From: Mobula hypostoma
Lineage: Eukaryota
Assembly (NCBI RefSeq): GCF_963921235.1
Contig: NC_086097.1
Span: forward strand, 71,426,001-71,490,000
Direction of reading: 5' to 3'
Length of the DNA stretch: 64,000 nucleotides
Shown: piece by piece, positions 63,385 through 64,000 of the stretch
How the letters are laid out: the number at the start of each line of letters is the position of its first letter
Numbering within the stretch: the first letter of the stretch is position 1
The notes under the pieces: generated by a model
Database searches by the model: none
The model's input: the letters and a program-made list of their open reading frames with translations, nothing else
Told to the model about the DNA's origin: nothing
Made by a program: the position numbers and the translations under genes

Positions 63385-63680
63385 GTCACTTAGCCATACG
63401 GCGTGGAGTAGGCCCTTGTGGCCTTTCGAGACATGCGTCCCAAAAACCCCACAACCCTGATTAACCCTGATTAACCCTAACCTCATCATGGGACAATTTA
63501 CAATGACCAATTAACTCTGTCTCTGTACTGTGGGAGTAAACTGAAGCATCTGCAGAAAACACATGCATTCCATGGGGAGGACATACAGCGACCCCTTACA
63601 GGATGGTGCCGGAATTGAACCTTGAACTTCGGAATATCACAAGCTGTAATTGCATCGTGTTAACCTTTGTGCTACCTTGG
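63385..63680 (-). mobile_element. tRNA-derived SINE (V-SINE/HE1-like), decayed
   Basis: The minus strand has GCACAAAGGTTAACAC and the B-box-like GGTTCAATTCC, then GGTCATTGTAAATTGTCC..TAGGGTTAA and a CR1-like tail. Confidence 0.6.
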
Positions 63681-64000
63681 ATCAAGTATTAATGATCTCA
63701 TAGCTGGGACTTCCAAATAACGTGGCTTGCATTCAGGAGAAGTTGTGGAGAGTGTTGCATGCTTTATACACATGCTTTGAGACGAGGAAATCTATAATAT
63801 CTTAGAGTTTTGCCATTGAGCATATGGAAATGCAGAAGATGTCTGCATACTGCACCTTGAATAGTGGCTGACCTTGGTTCTGGGGTGTACTCATCATCGC
63901 TCTGAAGCTTATATCACACCTAGAGGATGTTTGTTGGAGGCGAGGAGCGATAGTGTGGTGAGAAAGACTGCATAAAATGATAGAACAATTTTGCACCCTT

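Overview
Eukaryotic, repeat-saturated genomic DNA. The dense CR1, Rex1/Babar and Penelope content suggests a cartilaginous fish such as a ray or shark (inference). There are no operons, rRNA, tRNA genes or CRISPR arrays. Nearly every long ORF is a transposable-element remnant: Gypsy LTR elements, a solo LTR, CR1, Rex1/Babar-like, RTE and L1/Tx1-like LINEs, tRNA-derived SINEs, Tc1, hAT and piggyBac-like DNA elements, and many Penelope-like element (PLE) insertions, often nested. Two short minus-strand candidate coding exons (61651-61809 and 14392-14473) suggest the window lies mostly inside very large introns of an unidentified host gene. The most striking signal is a PLE family whose terminal repeat carries a minimal type-I hammerhead ribozyme (AGUC-CUGANGA-stem II-GAAA-CGUC-GACU). 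It occurs as TSD-flanked fold-back insertions, including a 79-bp tandem hammerhead array at 34640-35018 that could self-process into a 79-nt RNA. Boundaries of old, decayed repeats are approximate.
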